The notes beneath the pieces are model-generated. The model was not told the origin of the DNA. It worked only from the letters and a program-made list of their open reading frames with translations, and did no database searches. Shown here in pieces: positions 11,628 through 22,067 of a DNA stretch of 64,000 nucleotides; the stretch's first letter is position 1; each line of letters begins with the position of its first letter. Where the stretch lies: positions 992,001 to 1,056,000 of the forward strand of contig OZ253470.1 of assembly GCA_965261735.1 (NCBI GenBank). The letters are read 5' to 3'. Position numbers and translations under genes: made by a program. The stretch is from Alphaproteobacteria bacterium (lineage in GTDB: Bacteria > Pseudomonadota > Alphaproteobacteria > SHVV01).

Positions 11628-11672
11628 TGGGACATCGTGGGATATCATGGGGTTATATGGTCGTCAATGGTT
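11628..11672 (+). promoter_or_regulatory. Probable MraZ operator: 10-bp-phased TGGGN repeats
   Basis: TGGGA 11628, TGGGA 11638, TGGGG 11648, TGGTC 11658, TGGTT 11668. Confidence 0.75.
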
Positions 11673-11797
11673 TAACGAGGTGGCTGAAAGAATACGCGAT
11701 GAATAGATGACGCCCGTACCACCTCACCACTTGTCGCATGGGGTCGCGGGTAAGGTGATCGATCGACAGTCGTAATGGCGAATCAAGGCGAAATTGT

Positions 11798-11812
11798 GTT
11801 CTTGCTATGTTC
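11798..11812. promoter_or_regulatory. Alphaproteobacterial LexA (SOS) box-like site
   Basis: GTTC-TTGCTAT-GTTC, exact GTTC-N7-GTTC, in AT-rich intergenic DNA. Confidence 0.55.
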
Positions 11813-11827
11813 TTATTGTGATAATAC

Positions 11828-12910
11828 CTAGTGGATTGATTCCAACGTTTGGAACCCTCTGTTTCGTGCGGCGATGATATGATCGGGGTCGGCTTTCCAG
11901 ATGAAGGGTTTTGGGTTTGCGTCATTGTATTCGCGGACAAATCGGTTGATGGCGTCCTGAAGGTCGACGACGGATTGGAAGACGCCGTATTTGAGCCTGC
12001 GCCGCGTTAGTTTGGCGAAGAAGCCCTCGACGGCATTGAGCCACGAGCACGAGGTTGGCGTGAAGTGGAAGGTCCAGCGTGGATGGCGGGCGAGCCAGGC
12101 GCGGACCTTGTCCTTCTTGTGCGCGGCGTAGTTGTCGAGGATGACGTGGACGGCCTTGTCCGTCGGCACCTCGCGCTCGATGCGGTTGAGGAAGCGGATG
12201 AACTCCTGATGGCGGTGGCGCTGCATGTTCTGTGCGATGACCGTACCGTCCAGCACGTTGAGCGCGGCGAACAGCGTCGTCGTGCCATGCCGTTTGTAAT
12301 CATAGGTCATCGTACCGGCGCGGCCCTTCTTCATCGGCAAGCCGGGTTGGGTGCGGTCGAGCGCCTGGATCTGTGATTTCTCATCAACCGACAGCACCAC
12401 GGCATGGGCCGGCGGATCGACATACAAGCCGACGATATCTGTGAGCTTCTCGGCGAAGGCGGGATCATTGGAGAGCTTGAAGTGCCGCCAGCGGTGCGGG
12501 CTGAGGCCATGGGCCTTCCAGATCGCTTGGACCGTCGACGCCGCGACGCCAGCAACCTTCGCCATCGCGCGCAGCGTCCAGTGGGTCGCCTCGTGCGGCG
12601 GCGCTTGCTGGGTCAGGCGGACGATCTCGGCGACGCGCTCCGGCGGGATCGGCGCTTTGCCAGGCGGACGGGACCTGTCGCGAAGCAAGCCGTTGACACC
12701 CTCGTGCATGAACCGCTCCTGCCAGCGCCAGACACAGGTCTTGGACTTGCCGGTCTCGGCCATGATCGACGAGTTCCCGAGCCCCTCGTCGCTCTTCAGG
12801 ATGATCCGCGCCCGCCAGACATGTTTCTGCGAGCTCTTCGGGTCCGCGACGATAGCTTGCAATCGCTGACGGTCGCCAGACGTGACAGTAAAATGGATGC
12901 CGGTGCGCAT
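11828..12910 (-). CDS. IS630 transposase
   Basis: HTH N-terminus; VDEKSQIQAL, YKRHGTT, LDNYAAH, SWLNAVE DDE motifs. Confidence 0.93.
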   Translation of the reverse strand: MRTGIHFTVTSGDRQRLQAIVADPKSSQKHVWRARIILKSDEGLGNSSIMAETGKSKTCVWRWQERFMHEGVNGLLRDRSRPPGKAPIPPERVAEIVRLTQQAPPHEATHWTLRAMAKVAGVAASTVQAIWKAHGLSPHRWRHFKLSNDPAFAEKLTDIVGLYVDPPAHAVVLSVDEKSQIQALDRTQPGLPMKKGRAGTMTYDYKRHGTTTLFAALNVLDGTVIAQNMQRHRHQEFIRFLNRIEREVPTDKAVHVILDNYAAHKKDKVRAWLARHPRWTFHFTPTSCSWLNAVEGFFAKLTRRRLKYGVFQSVVDLQDAINRFVREYNDANPKPFIWKADPDHIIAARNRGFQTLESIH

Positions 12911-12981
12911 AGCACAGACTCGCATGACACCGCACAATACGGAATCTCAAATCGGACTCTTTCGTTCCGATCAATCCACTA
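11829..12981 (-). mobile_element. IS630-family element, apparently intact
   Basis: Ends TAGTGGATTGAT / ATCAATCCACTA; TA duplication within CTAG. Confidence 0.92.
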
Positions 12982-13018
12982 GAATCATCGCCCCCACGGG
13001 CGCATGGCCGCACGCCGC

Positions 13019-14064
13019 GGGAGCGCGCCATGGATGTTCTCGACCGCGCCGATCTCCCATTCCCGCATTCGCTACCCGAGTTCCAGCGACTTTCCCCCGA
13101 TGATGCGGCCTGCGCCGCCTACCTGGAGAAAGCCCACTGGGGAGACGGCTTTGCCTGCCCGCACTGCGGCACGGCGGGAGAGCCGTTCCACTTTGAAAAC
13201 CGCCCTGGCGTCCTGCGCTGCCGCAAGTGCCGCCAGAACACCGGGCTGACGGTGGGAACAGTGATGGAGCGTAGCCACACTCCGCTGAACGTCTGGTTCT
13301 GGGCCGCTTATCTGGTCGCCAGTCAGAGGCCCGGCATGTCCGCCGTGCAGTTTCAGCGGCAACTTGGTCTTTCGCGCTACGAGACGGCCTTTCAAATTCT
13401 CCACAAGCTCCGCTCGGGCATGGTGCGGCCCAACCAAGACAGGATCGGTGGACAGCCCAAGAACCATGTTGAGGTGGACGAAACCTGGGTTGGCGGGCGA
13501 ACGCGTGGGGAAGGCCGTGGTGTTCACCACAAGGTTCCCGTCTCCTGTGCCATCGAGGTGCGTCATCGAAAGCCGGGCACCAAGCTCGACAACCGGAAAG
13601 ACGGACGCTATGCCGGACGCGTTCGGCTCGCCGTCGTGCTCGACCGTAGCGCCGAGTCGCTCTGTGGGTTCGTCGAGAGCACCGTCGCGCCGCGATCGCT
13701 GATCGTTACTGACGATTGGAGCGGCTATGCTGGCCTCGGTAAGCGCGGCTATGAGCACTTCGCTGTTGCCGAGTGTGGTGATCCAGAGGTTGCCGAGCAA
13801 TACCTGCCGATCATCCATCTGGTTTTCGCCAACCTGAAGACGTGGCTGATCGGTATCTCACCACGGCGTTAGCCACCAGCACCTACAAGCCTACCTCAAC
13901 GAGTTCACCTTCCGCTTCAACAGGCGGTTCTACCCGTTCAACGCCTTCCGCTCATTGCTCGGCATCGCGGGCGACACCTCTGCTCCAACCTATGCCGAGC
14001 TTTACTCGGGAGAGTGGCGGCACCCTACATGTAGCGGTCATGGGCGTTAACCGGATAGGCAAGG
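13019..14064 (+). mobile_element. IS1595-family element copy 1 (left end missing, frameshifted transposase 13030-14050)
   Basis: CPHC/CRKC zinc ribbon, VEVDETWVGG, VTDDW; extra T near 13858 relative to copy 2; right end AACCGGATAGGCAAGG. Confidence 0.88.
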
Positions 14065-14102
14065 GTGTAGGGTTGCGCGGTGGAGGCGCCCGCTCGAGAG
14101 CT

Positions 14103-15839
14103 ATGGACGTGGAACGCAGGCTAGCGGCCATTCTCGCCGCCGACGTCGTCGGCTACAGCCGAATGATGGGCGTCGACGAGGTCGATACGCTGAATGCCCT
14201 CAAAGCCGACCGGAGCGAGGTGATCGACCCGACCATCGCCGAGCGCGGCGGGCGCATTGTCAAGACCATGGGCGATGGACTGCTGGTCGAGTTCGGCAGC
14301 GTCGTCGACGCGGTCCAATGCGCCACCGACCTGCAGCGGGCCATGGCCGAGCGCAACGCCGGCGTGAGCGACGAGCGCCGCATCGACTTCCGCATCGGCA
14401 TCAATCTCGGTGACGTCATTATCGAGGACGGTGACATCTATGGTGACGGCGTGAACGTCGCGGCCAGGCTCGAAGGCTTGGCCGAGCCCGGCGGCATCTG
14501 TATCTCGCGCGCGGCGCGCGATCAAATTCGCGACAAGCTGCCGGTCGTTCTCGAGGATCTGGGCGAGCAGAGCGTGAAAAACATTGCCCGCCCGGTCCGT
14601 GTTTTCCGGATCAAGCCCGCGGCCTTACCGGTCGCTTCCGCCGCGAGCGAGGCGGCGCTGCCCGATAAGCCCTCGATCGCCGTGCTACCGTTCAACAACA
14701 TGAGCGGCGATCCTGAGCAGGAGTATTTCAGCGACGGCATCACCGAGGACATCATCACCGAGCTGTCGCGCTTTCGCTCGCTGTTCGTCATCGCCCGTAA
14801 CTCCTCGTTCGCCTACAAGGGTCAAGCGGTGAAGATCCAGGACGTGGGCAAGGACCTCGGCGTCCGCTACGTCCTCGAGGGCAGCGTGCGCAACGCGGGA
14901 AACCGGGTGCGCATCACCGGTCAGTTGATCGACGCGCAAAACGGCAGTCACGTGTGGGCGCAGCGCTACGACCGCGAGCTCGAGGACATCTTCGCGGTTC
15001 AGGACGACGTGACGCAGGCCATTGTCGCCGCATTGCCGCAAAAGCTCGAGGCCGCCGACCTCGAGCGTGCCAAGCGCAAGACGACTGAAAACATGGTCGC
15101 TTACGACTACCTGCTGCGCGGCAAGGAGCACCACCACCGCGGTACCAACGAGGACAACACCGAGGGTATCAGGTGCTTGGAGCAGGCGATCGAGCTCGAC
15201 CCGGGATTGGCGCACGCGCACGCATGGCTTGGGTGCATCCTGGGGCAAGCCATCGTGCGCGGCTACTTGGAAACGACCGACGATTTATGGCGGCGCGTGA
15301 AAACGGCAGTGGAGACCGCGCGCGCGCTCGACGAGAACGACTCCGAGTGCCACCGGCTGTCATGCGAGATTCACCTGATCGAGCGCAACCACGACCAGGC
15401 CGAAGTGCATCAGGACAGGGCGCTAAGCCTCAATCCGAACGATCCGCGCCTCGTGATCCAGCGAGCCGAGTTGTTGTCCTTGCTCGGTAGACCCGAAGAG
15501 GCACTGGAGTGGGTCGACACGGTCGCACGACTCGATCCCAATCACGCCGACGGCTACGCCTGGCAGCGTGGCGTGGCGCTCCAAGGCGCGGGCCGCTACG
15601 CCGAGGCGGTTGCCGCCTTCAAGCGGGTTGGCACTCGGCGACCCTGGCTCAAGGCGCACCTCGCGGCCTGATACGCCGAGCTCGGTGACGACGATGCGAG
15701 CAAAGGGCATGGCGCCGAGTTGCTGGAAGAGAACCCCGACTTTACGGTCAGCGGCTATCTCGCGAACCTGTACTACAAGAACGAGGCCGACGCGAACGCC
15801 TGCCGCGACAGCCTGCTCAAGGCCGGGCTGCCGGCCTGA
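14103..15839 (+). pseudogene. Class III adenylate/guanylate cyclase-TolB-like-TPR protein with in-frame TGA at 15669
   Basis: RRLAAILAADVVGYSR, KTMGDG, GDGVNVAARLE, PSIAVLPF, TPR repeats; frame continues after TGA as YAELG...LLKAGLPA*. Confidence 0.8.
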
Positions 15840-15889
15840 GCGCACTCGTCAGGGGAAGCCGCTCCTTTAGCAGGCTGCTGAAAAAGTCA

Positions 15890-16051
15890 TCATTGCCGGG
15901 CCTTGAACTCGGATTCATCGCCGAAATGAAATGAGATTTCGTGTCTTAGGGTGAAACCGTCTTCAATCTCGACCGATCCGATGCCCTGGGCTTCGTCCAG
16001 TTCGATGATCTGCCACTTTGCGGTCAGCGGCGTGCCGGCATCGCCCGTCAT
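15890..16051 (-). CDS. Small ORF inside the IS5, coupled (ATGA) to the transposase stop
   Basis: MTGDAGTPLTAKWQIIEL...ISFHFGDESEFKARQ; ends next to the IR. Confidence 0.4.
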   Translation of the reverse strand: MTGDAGTPLTAKWQIIELDEAQGIGSVEIEDGFTLRHEISFHFGDESEFKARQ

Positions 16052-18043
16052 GTTGGCGCCTCCGCCAGCAGTCTGGGTAGTCGGACGAGGTTGTAGGCGG
16101 CCAAGGCCAGGGTGAACGAAGCGTCGACCCGGTGGCGGCCCCGGAATTTGGTCTTGCTCAATCCCGCGCTCGTCTTGACCCAGCCGAAGACCTCCTCGAT
16201 GCGCTTGCGGCAACGTTGGCTGACGCCGTAACCGGGATGGCGCGTCGTGCGCCCGTCTATCTTGGTCTTGCGCCGCTTGCCGGTCTTGGTGACGTGGTCC
16301 TGGACGGCGATATGGGGGGTCACCTTGCGGTGCCGCAGTTCCTCGACAAAATCCGCGACGTCAAAACCCTTGTCCCCGCCCACCGTGATCCGACGCCGCC
16401 CGCCTCTACTCTCCACCGGGCGATGCCTGTCGATCAGATCAAGGGCGGCTTCGCGTTCCGCCGTGCCCGACGCAATGGTCACGCCGCCGCCGACTGCCAG
16501 ACCATGGCGGTTCTCCGTCAGCGCATGGCCCATGTAACACAGCTTGCTTTCCCGGCCATTACCCTTGCGATAAAGCCGGGCGTCCGGATCAGTGGTGCTT
16601 GCATGGGTCGCGTTCGAGCGTTTCTCGCCATGAAAATCCCGCGCGGCGTTGCGCCCCGATCCCCCGTCGCCATCGTCCTCACCTTTGGGACGAAAGCTCT
16701 TCATCGACGCCCAGGCCTCGATCAATGTTTGCCTATCCGGTTAACGCCCATGACCGCTACATGTAGGGTGCCGCCACTCTCCCGAGTAAAGCTCGGCATA
16801 GGTTGGAGCAGAGGTGTCGCCCGCGATGCCGAGCAATGAGCGGAAGGCGTTGAACGGGTAGAACCGCCTGTTGAAGCGGAAGGTGAACTCGTTGAGGTAG
16901 GCTTGTAGGTGCTGGTGGCTAACGCCGTGGTGGATACCGATCAGCCACGTCTTCAGGTTGGCGAAAACCAGATGGATGATCGGCAGGTATTGCTCGGCAA
17001 CCTCTGGATCACCACACTCGGCAACAGCGAAGTGCTCATAGCCGCGCTTACCGAGGCCAGCATAGCCGCTCCAATCGTCAGTAACGATCAGCGATCGCGG
17101 CGCGACGGTGCTCTCGACGAACCCACAGAGCGACTCGGCGCTACGGTCGAGCACGACGGCGAGCCGAACGCGTCCGGCATAGCGTCCGTCTTTCCGGTTG
17201 TCGAGCTTGGTGCCCGGCTTTCGATGACGCACCTCGATGGCACAGGAGACGGGAACCTTGTGGTGAACACCACGGCCTTCCCCACGCGTTCGCCCGCCAA
17301 CCCAGGTTTCGTCCACCTCAACATGGTTCTTGGGCTGTCCACCGATCCTGTCTTGGTTGGGCCGCACCATGCCCGAGCGGAGCTTGTGGAGAATTTGAAA
17401 GGCCGTCTCCCCAGCGGGCTTTCTCCAGGTAGGCGGCGCAGGCCGCATCATCGGGGAAAAGTCGCTGGAACTCGGGTAGCGAATGCGGGAATGGGAGATC
17501 GGCGCGGTCGAGAACATCCATGGCGCGCTCCCCTATATCCGGTTTGCGCCCACTCTAGCCCTAGTGGGTGTGGGTGTAAACCGGATAGGCAAGGATCAAT
17601 GTTCCGTCTACCGAAAAATGATCCCGGCTCAATAGTCCCCCTACCTTGTGGTGCTGGATAACCCCCGCAAGCAGCTGCCCCGAAACCTCCGCCTCCAGAA
17701 GACGGTCCCGGTTGTGGCAGAACGCGCTGGCGTCCCACACGCCATCGTCCAGCCCAAGCCCCACAAACCAGCAAAACAGCATGTTGAAGTTTAGCTGCTC
17801 CATCAGCTGACGCTCCGAGCGGATCGAATAAAACGCCTGCAACAGTAACGCTCGAAGAAGCTTCTCCGGCGGGATCGATGGGCGACCCATGTGGGAATAA
17901 AGCGTCTCGAACTCCGAAGATAGAGACCCCAATACGTCGTTCACGATCTCACGGATCAGACGCAGCGGATGATCATCCGGAACACGCTCTTCCAAGTCTA
18001 CGTAGCTGAATAAATTGCCACTGCTTTGATCTCGACCCCGCAT
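16048..18043 (-). pseudogene. IS5 transposase split by nested IS
   Basis: MRGRDQ...HFSVDGTLI | IEAWASMKS...RKRIEEVFGW; halves rejoin in frame when the insert and one repeat are removed. Confidence 0.9.
16729..17594 (-). mobile_element. IS1595-family element copy 2 (internal 239-bp deletion)
   Basis: IRs TTGCCTATCCGGTT / AACCGGATAGGCAAGG; ATCAATGT target duplication at 16721 and 17595; near-identical to copy 1. Confidence 0.92.
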
Positions 18044-18197
18044 GCCATCTTCCATCACTCGAAGAAATCACAGAATCATGTCACAACTGCAAAGGCGAGG
18101 ACTTTTTCAGCAGCCTGTTAGGGCGCTCATCGACCAACCCTCGTCTTGGTGGGGCTGCCATAGTCGGCGCTCGAAGACGAGACGACTGTCGCTCTAG

Positions 18198-18545
18198 TCA
18201 TTTCCGAACGTTGCCTTCCCAAAACTGCCGATACGCACGCACCTCCTCGACATAGGGTCGCCGCTGCTCTACCAGCTCCCGGGGTGTCATCGCGTCGAAC
18301 TTGAGCCCTCGGCGCTTCGCGTGGCGAAAGTAATGGTTATCCGCGGTGTTACAAAACATGCAGGCGGTTACGATGTATTCGTCGTGGTCGCGCAGTGGGT
18401 TTCCCTTTGGCAGAAGATGGTCCACCGATAGCCACAGCCAGTTGGGCCAAGTGGAGCAATCGAGACCGCAGTACTAGCAGCGAAAGCCATCCCTCCTGTG
18501 GATTGCAAATCCGTAACCTCTCAACGCATCAGTGTAAGCAGGCAT
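18198..18545 (-). pseudogene. HNH endonuclease with in-frame TAG (18474-18476)
   Basis: MPAYTDALRGYGFAIHRRDGFRC*YCGLD...SVDHLLP...VTACMFCN; RD..C.YCG, DH and C..CN HNH pattern. Confidence 0.8.
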
Positions 18546-18647
18546 CCGCGTTCATCAGACCTCCTCATCGCTTCTGAGAGAGAGGCATGTCGTCTAGCAG
18601 CACCGTGCGCTTGTCGGCCATGGTAGCCGGCCAACGCGAGCTGGTGG

Positions 18648-19190
18648 TCAGGTCGGCCCCGCCCGCTCTGTGAGCCGCGGCAGCAGCTCGACGAAGTTAC
18701 ACGGGCGGTAACGGTAGTCGAGCTGGAAGCGCAGGATCTCGTCCCAGGCGTCGCGGCAGGCGCCGGGCGAGCCTGGGACCGCAAAGAGGTAGGTGCCCTC
18801 GGCGACGCCGGCCGTGGCGCGCGACTGGATCGTCGAGGCGCCGATCGTCTTGAAGCTGAGCATGCGAAAGACTTCGCCGAAGCCCGCGATCTCCTTGTCG
18901 TACACCGCGTGAAAAGCCTCCGGCGTCACGTCGCGGCCGGTGACCCCGGTGCCGCCGCTGGCGATGATCACGTCGATCTCGGGGTCATCGATCCACGCGC
19001 GGAGGCGGCTCACGATCGCGTCCGCATCGTCCGTGACGATGGCGCGCGCGGCCAGTCGGTGGCCGGCGGTCGTAAGCCGCTCGATGAGGACCTGCCCCGA
19101 CTTGTCGTCGGCCTCGGTACGGGTGTCCGAGACCGTGAGCACGGCAATGCCGACGGCGACGAAGGAGCGCGACTCGTCAATCCCGGGCAC
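18648..19190 (-). CDS. moaB: Molybdenum cofactor biosynthesis protein B
   Basis: VLTVSDTR, DDKSG, GGTGVTGRDVTPEA, PGSPGAC, PCNFVE. Confidence 0.93.
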   Translation of the reverse strand: MPGIDESRSFVAVGIAVLTVSDTRTEADDKSGQVLIERLTTAGHRLAARAIVTDDADAIVSRLRAWIDDPEIDVIIASGGTGVTGRDVTPEAFHAVYDKEIAGFGEVFRMLSFKTIGASTIQSRATAGVAEGTYLFAVPGSPGACRDAWDEILRFQLDYRYRPCNFVELLPRLTERAGPT

Positions 19191-21036
19191 GCTGCGCGTC
19201 CTTGACGAGCGCGAAGGGCGAGGCATCGAGCGAGAAGTAGTAGGGCCAATGGCCCGACGCCACCGCATCGAGCGAGGGCGTGTCCTGATCCAAGTGCTCG
19301 CGGTAGATCCAGAAGTTGGCCATCACGCGCTCGATGAACAGGCGCGTCTCCAGCGCGGGGATGCTCTCGATGAACAACAGCGCGTCGTCGCGATGATTGG
19401 TTCGGCGCAGCCATTTGCGCAGGTTGCCGGGACCGCCGTTATAGGCCGCGGCGGCCAGGAACAGGTTGCCGCGAATGCTTTCGCTCGCGAGCAGGCCGCC
19501 GAGGTACTTCTGCCCGAGGTCCATGTTGAATGCGGGCTTATAGAGCTTGTTGCGGTTGGAGCCACGCAGCGACCGGTCCTTGGCCACATAGCTGCCCGTG
19601 CGCGGCATGAGCTGCATCAGCCCGCGCGCGCCGCTCGGGCTCTTGGCCCGGCTGTTGAAACCCGATTCCTGACGCATGAACGCGTAGATCAGCGCCCGGT
19701 CGATGCGAAAGCCGCTGTCCGGCTGCCAACGCGGTAGCGGATAGTCGGCGCTGTCATAGCAACACACCTCCGGCGCGGGCGCGCTCTTGATCAGCCGGAG
19801 CGACGCGGCCGCGAGGCCGAGGCGGGTGGCCAAGCCGAGCAGATCCCCATGGAGGGGCGCGGCGACATGTTTGGCGGCGGCGCGGAACTCCTCTTCGGCC
19901 CAATAGATCTGATCGACCTGGCTCAGCGCGACCGCGCGCCGAACCTCGGGCACCGCCAGCAGCCGCTCGGTGCTAGCGCTCGACAGTGGCGGCGGCTCCC
20001 ACCGGAAATTGACGTCGCGCGCCAGCAGGCGCGTTGCGATGAGGCCGTAGAAGGTACGCGGATGGTGCGCCGCGACGCCGAGGAGCTCGTTCACCCTGCC
20101 GGGCTCGCCGGTCACGAGGTGGGCGCGCGCGGCCCAAAAAGCGCCGGCCGCGGCGTTCCACGGCGAGACAGACGAAGAACGCGCCAAAGCACTGAAGTGG
20201 GCGCGCGCCCGCGAGCGTTCGGTCAGCCTCCATGCGGCCAAACCCGCTGTCCAGTCGGCCAGGGGAACGTGCCCGCGCGAGCGCTCGGCGCTCGCCGCCG
20301 CTAGCGCCAACGCCCTGCGGTCGTTGCCCTTGAAGAAGTAGGCGGCGGCAATCCGCAGGCGCAGCCCGTCGTACTCGACGGGGTCGAGTAGCTTCTTGAC
20401 GTTGCGCGCCGCGAGGTGTTTTTCCGCGCCCTCGGGATCGCCGCGGCGCGACAGGTGGACCGCAACGTGCCGGTGCAGGCTGCGCACCTCGGAACGCTGC
20501 TTGGAGGTGCGCTTACGCGGCGAGCGGTAGCCGGGATCGGGCTTCGCGATGGCTGCGGCCGCCCCTTGCGCCCGGCCCGCGCCGGGCCAGCGCGGCGGCT
20601 TGGCCGCCTTGGGCTTGCGCCGCAGCGCCAGTCGATAGATGCGGGAAGCGCCCGCCTCGTCGGCGTAGCGCTTCAGCCACGATGCCAACTCCTTGTACTG
20701 CGAGCGGTACTTTGTCGGGTGCATGTAGCGCTGGAACAGGACACGGCCGAGCAGGATTCGGTCCTCGAGGCGCTTTGTCTCGCGGTCCGCCGCCTTCCAT
20801 TTCCCGGTTTCCTGGAGCGCGAAGATGCGCCGATAGCGCTCGACCGTTTCGGCGTTGAGGACAGTCAGGCGAACGGCCTCTGCTGCGGGCGCCGCCGCCG
20901 GATCGCCTTCGAGCGCGAGTGCCGGCGCACCGACCGTCCACAACGAGATCGCGAATCCGAGGCACACGAGGCGGCAAGCCTCTCGCACGCGCCACGAGAG
21001 CGCGGCCGTGATTCGGCTGCACCGCTTTTCACGCAT
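19177..21036 (-). CDS. Soluble lytic transglycosylase (SLT domain); start uncertain
   Basis: MRQESGF, GARGLMQLMP, AAYNGGPG, ETRLF. Confidence 0.9.
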   Translation of the reverse strand: MREKRCSRITAALSWRVREACRLVCLGFAISLWTVGAPALALEGDPAAAPAAEAVRLTVLNAETVERYRRIFALQETGKWKAADRETKRLEDRILLGRVLFQRYMHPTKYRSQYKELASWLKRYADEAGASRIYRLALRRKPKAAKPPRWPGAGRAQGAAAAIAKPDPGYRSPRKRTSKQRSEVRSLHRHVAVHLSRRGDPEGAEKHLAARNVKKLLDPVEYDGLRLRIAAAYFFKGNDRRALALAAASAERSRGHVPLADWTAGLAAWRLTERSRARAHFSALARSSSVSPWNAAAGAFWAARAHLVTGEPGRVNELLGVAAHHPRTFYGLIATRLLARDVNFRWEPPPLSSASTERLLAVPEVRRAVALSQVDQIYWAEEEFRAAAKHVAAPLHGDLLGLATRLGLAAASLRLIKSAPAPEVCCYDSADYPLPRWQPDSGFRIDRALIYAFMRQESGFNSRAKSPSGARGLMQLMPRTGSYVAKDRSLRGSNRNKLYKPAFNMDLGQKYLGGLLASESIRGNLFLAAAAYNGGPGNLRKWLRRTNHRDDALLFIESIPALETRLFIERVMANFWIYREHLDQDTPSLDAVASGHWPYYFSLDASPFALVKDAQRARD

Positions 21037-21089
21037 GGGTTCTGGTGTAGCCAAATTACCCGGGCTCGGCAAGCTGGCCGCGGCCCGGA

Positions 21090-21938
21090 TCAGCGCTTGG
21101 CGGGCAGTAGATCGAGCCGACCCTTGATCTCGAGCAGATCGCGCCACGCTTCACGCTTGAGTGCCGGTTGGCGCAGCAGGAAGGCCGGATGATAGATCGC
21201 GATCGCCGGAATCTCGCGCTCAGCCGCGCCAACTGAGCCGCGGTAGCTGAACCAGGTGCCGCGGATCTTGGTAATGCCCTCGCTGCGGCCGAGCAAGGCG
21301 CCGGCCGCCGTGCCGCCCACCAGCACCAGCAGTTGGGGCGCCACGAGGTCGATCGCGCGCTGCAGGAAGGGCAGGCAGATTTCGTACTCATGGGGCGTCG
21401 GCTTGCGGTTCCCCGGGGGGCGCCAAAAGACCATGTTGGTAATGTAGACGGCGCGCCGGTCGAGGCCGACGGCCGCCAGCATGCGGTCGAGGAGCTGGCC
21501 GCTGACGCCGACGAAGGGCAGGCCCTGACGGTCCTCCTCGGCCCCGGGTGCCTCGCCGATCAGCATCAACCGCGCCGCCGGATTGCCGTCGCCGAACACC
21601 AGATTCGTTGCCGTTTGCTTGAGCGCGCAGCCCTCGAACGCGCGCAGCGCCTCGCTAAGTTCGTCGAGGTTGCGGCATGCGCCGGCTGTTGCCTGGGCGC
21701 TCGCCTGGGCGGTTGCAGACGATGTCAGGCCAGGGTCCGTCGTCGGCCGGCTGGGCGGCGGCCGCGGAGGCGGCCGGGGTGGCGGGGGCGCTGAGAGAGG
21801 TCCGGGCTGCAACGCCGAGGGGCGCGGCTCGCGGTTGTTGTCGGCATATCGAAGCAGGGGTTTATTGCCGATGGCTTCGTCCGCGCCGGCTTCCACGTAC
21901 CAGCGCAGAAGCTCGAGTGCGTCGGGCTTACGTGACAT
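21090..21938 (-). CDS. Uracil-DNA glycosylase, family 4
   Basis: [30 protein letters not shown]. Confidence 0.92.
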   Translation of the reverse strand: MSRKPDALELLRWYVEAGADEAIGNKPLLRYADNNREPRPSALQPGPLSAPPPPRPPPRPPPSRPTTDPGLTSSATAQASAQATAGACRNLDELSEALRAFEGCALKQTATNLVFGDGNPAARLMLIGEAPGAEEDRQGLPFVGVSGQLLDRMLAAVGLDRRAVYITNMVFWRPPGNRKPTPHEYEICLPFLQRAIDLVAPQLLVLVGGTAAGALLGRSEGITKIRGTWFSYRGSVGAAEREIPAIAIYHPAFLLRQPALKREAWRDLLEIKGRLDLLPAKR

Positions 21939-22067
21939 GGCCAAAGGCTAGCACGGGCGCCATATCACCTGCCAGGACCCGCCCTGAGCCGGCGCCGGGC
22001 GCCGATTGACCGGCGCTCCGTTTCGGGGGCATAACCGGAAGCCACCAGCGAGGACGCGATTCACGCC

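Larger units (their letters stand above)
15871..18117 (-). mobile_element. IS5-family element interrupted by IS1595 copy 2
   Basis: Perfect 18-bp IR CAGGCTGCTGAAAAAGTC; TTAG direct repeats at 15867 and 18118. Confidence 0.92.

Noticed and set aside
11560-11828. rnpB, often near mraZ in Alphaproteobacteria
   Set aside because: No GAGGAAAGTCC or other RNase P signature found
13842-14102. IS-derived N-terminal extension of the cyclase
   Set aside because: Chance open frame through the IS end; the family-typical start MDVERRLAA is at 14103
13019-17594. Composite transposon carrying the cyclase
   Set aside because: Copy 2 has its own target duplication inside IS5 and copy 1 lacks its outer end, so these are independent insertions
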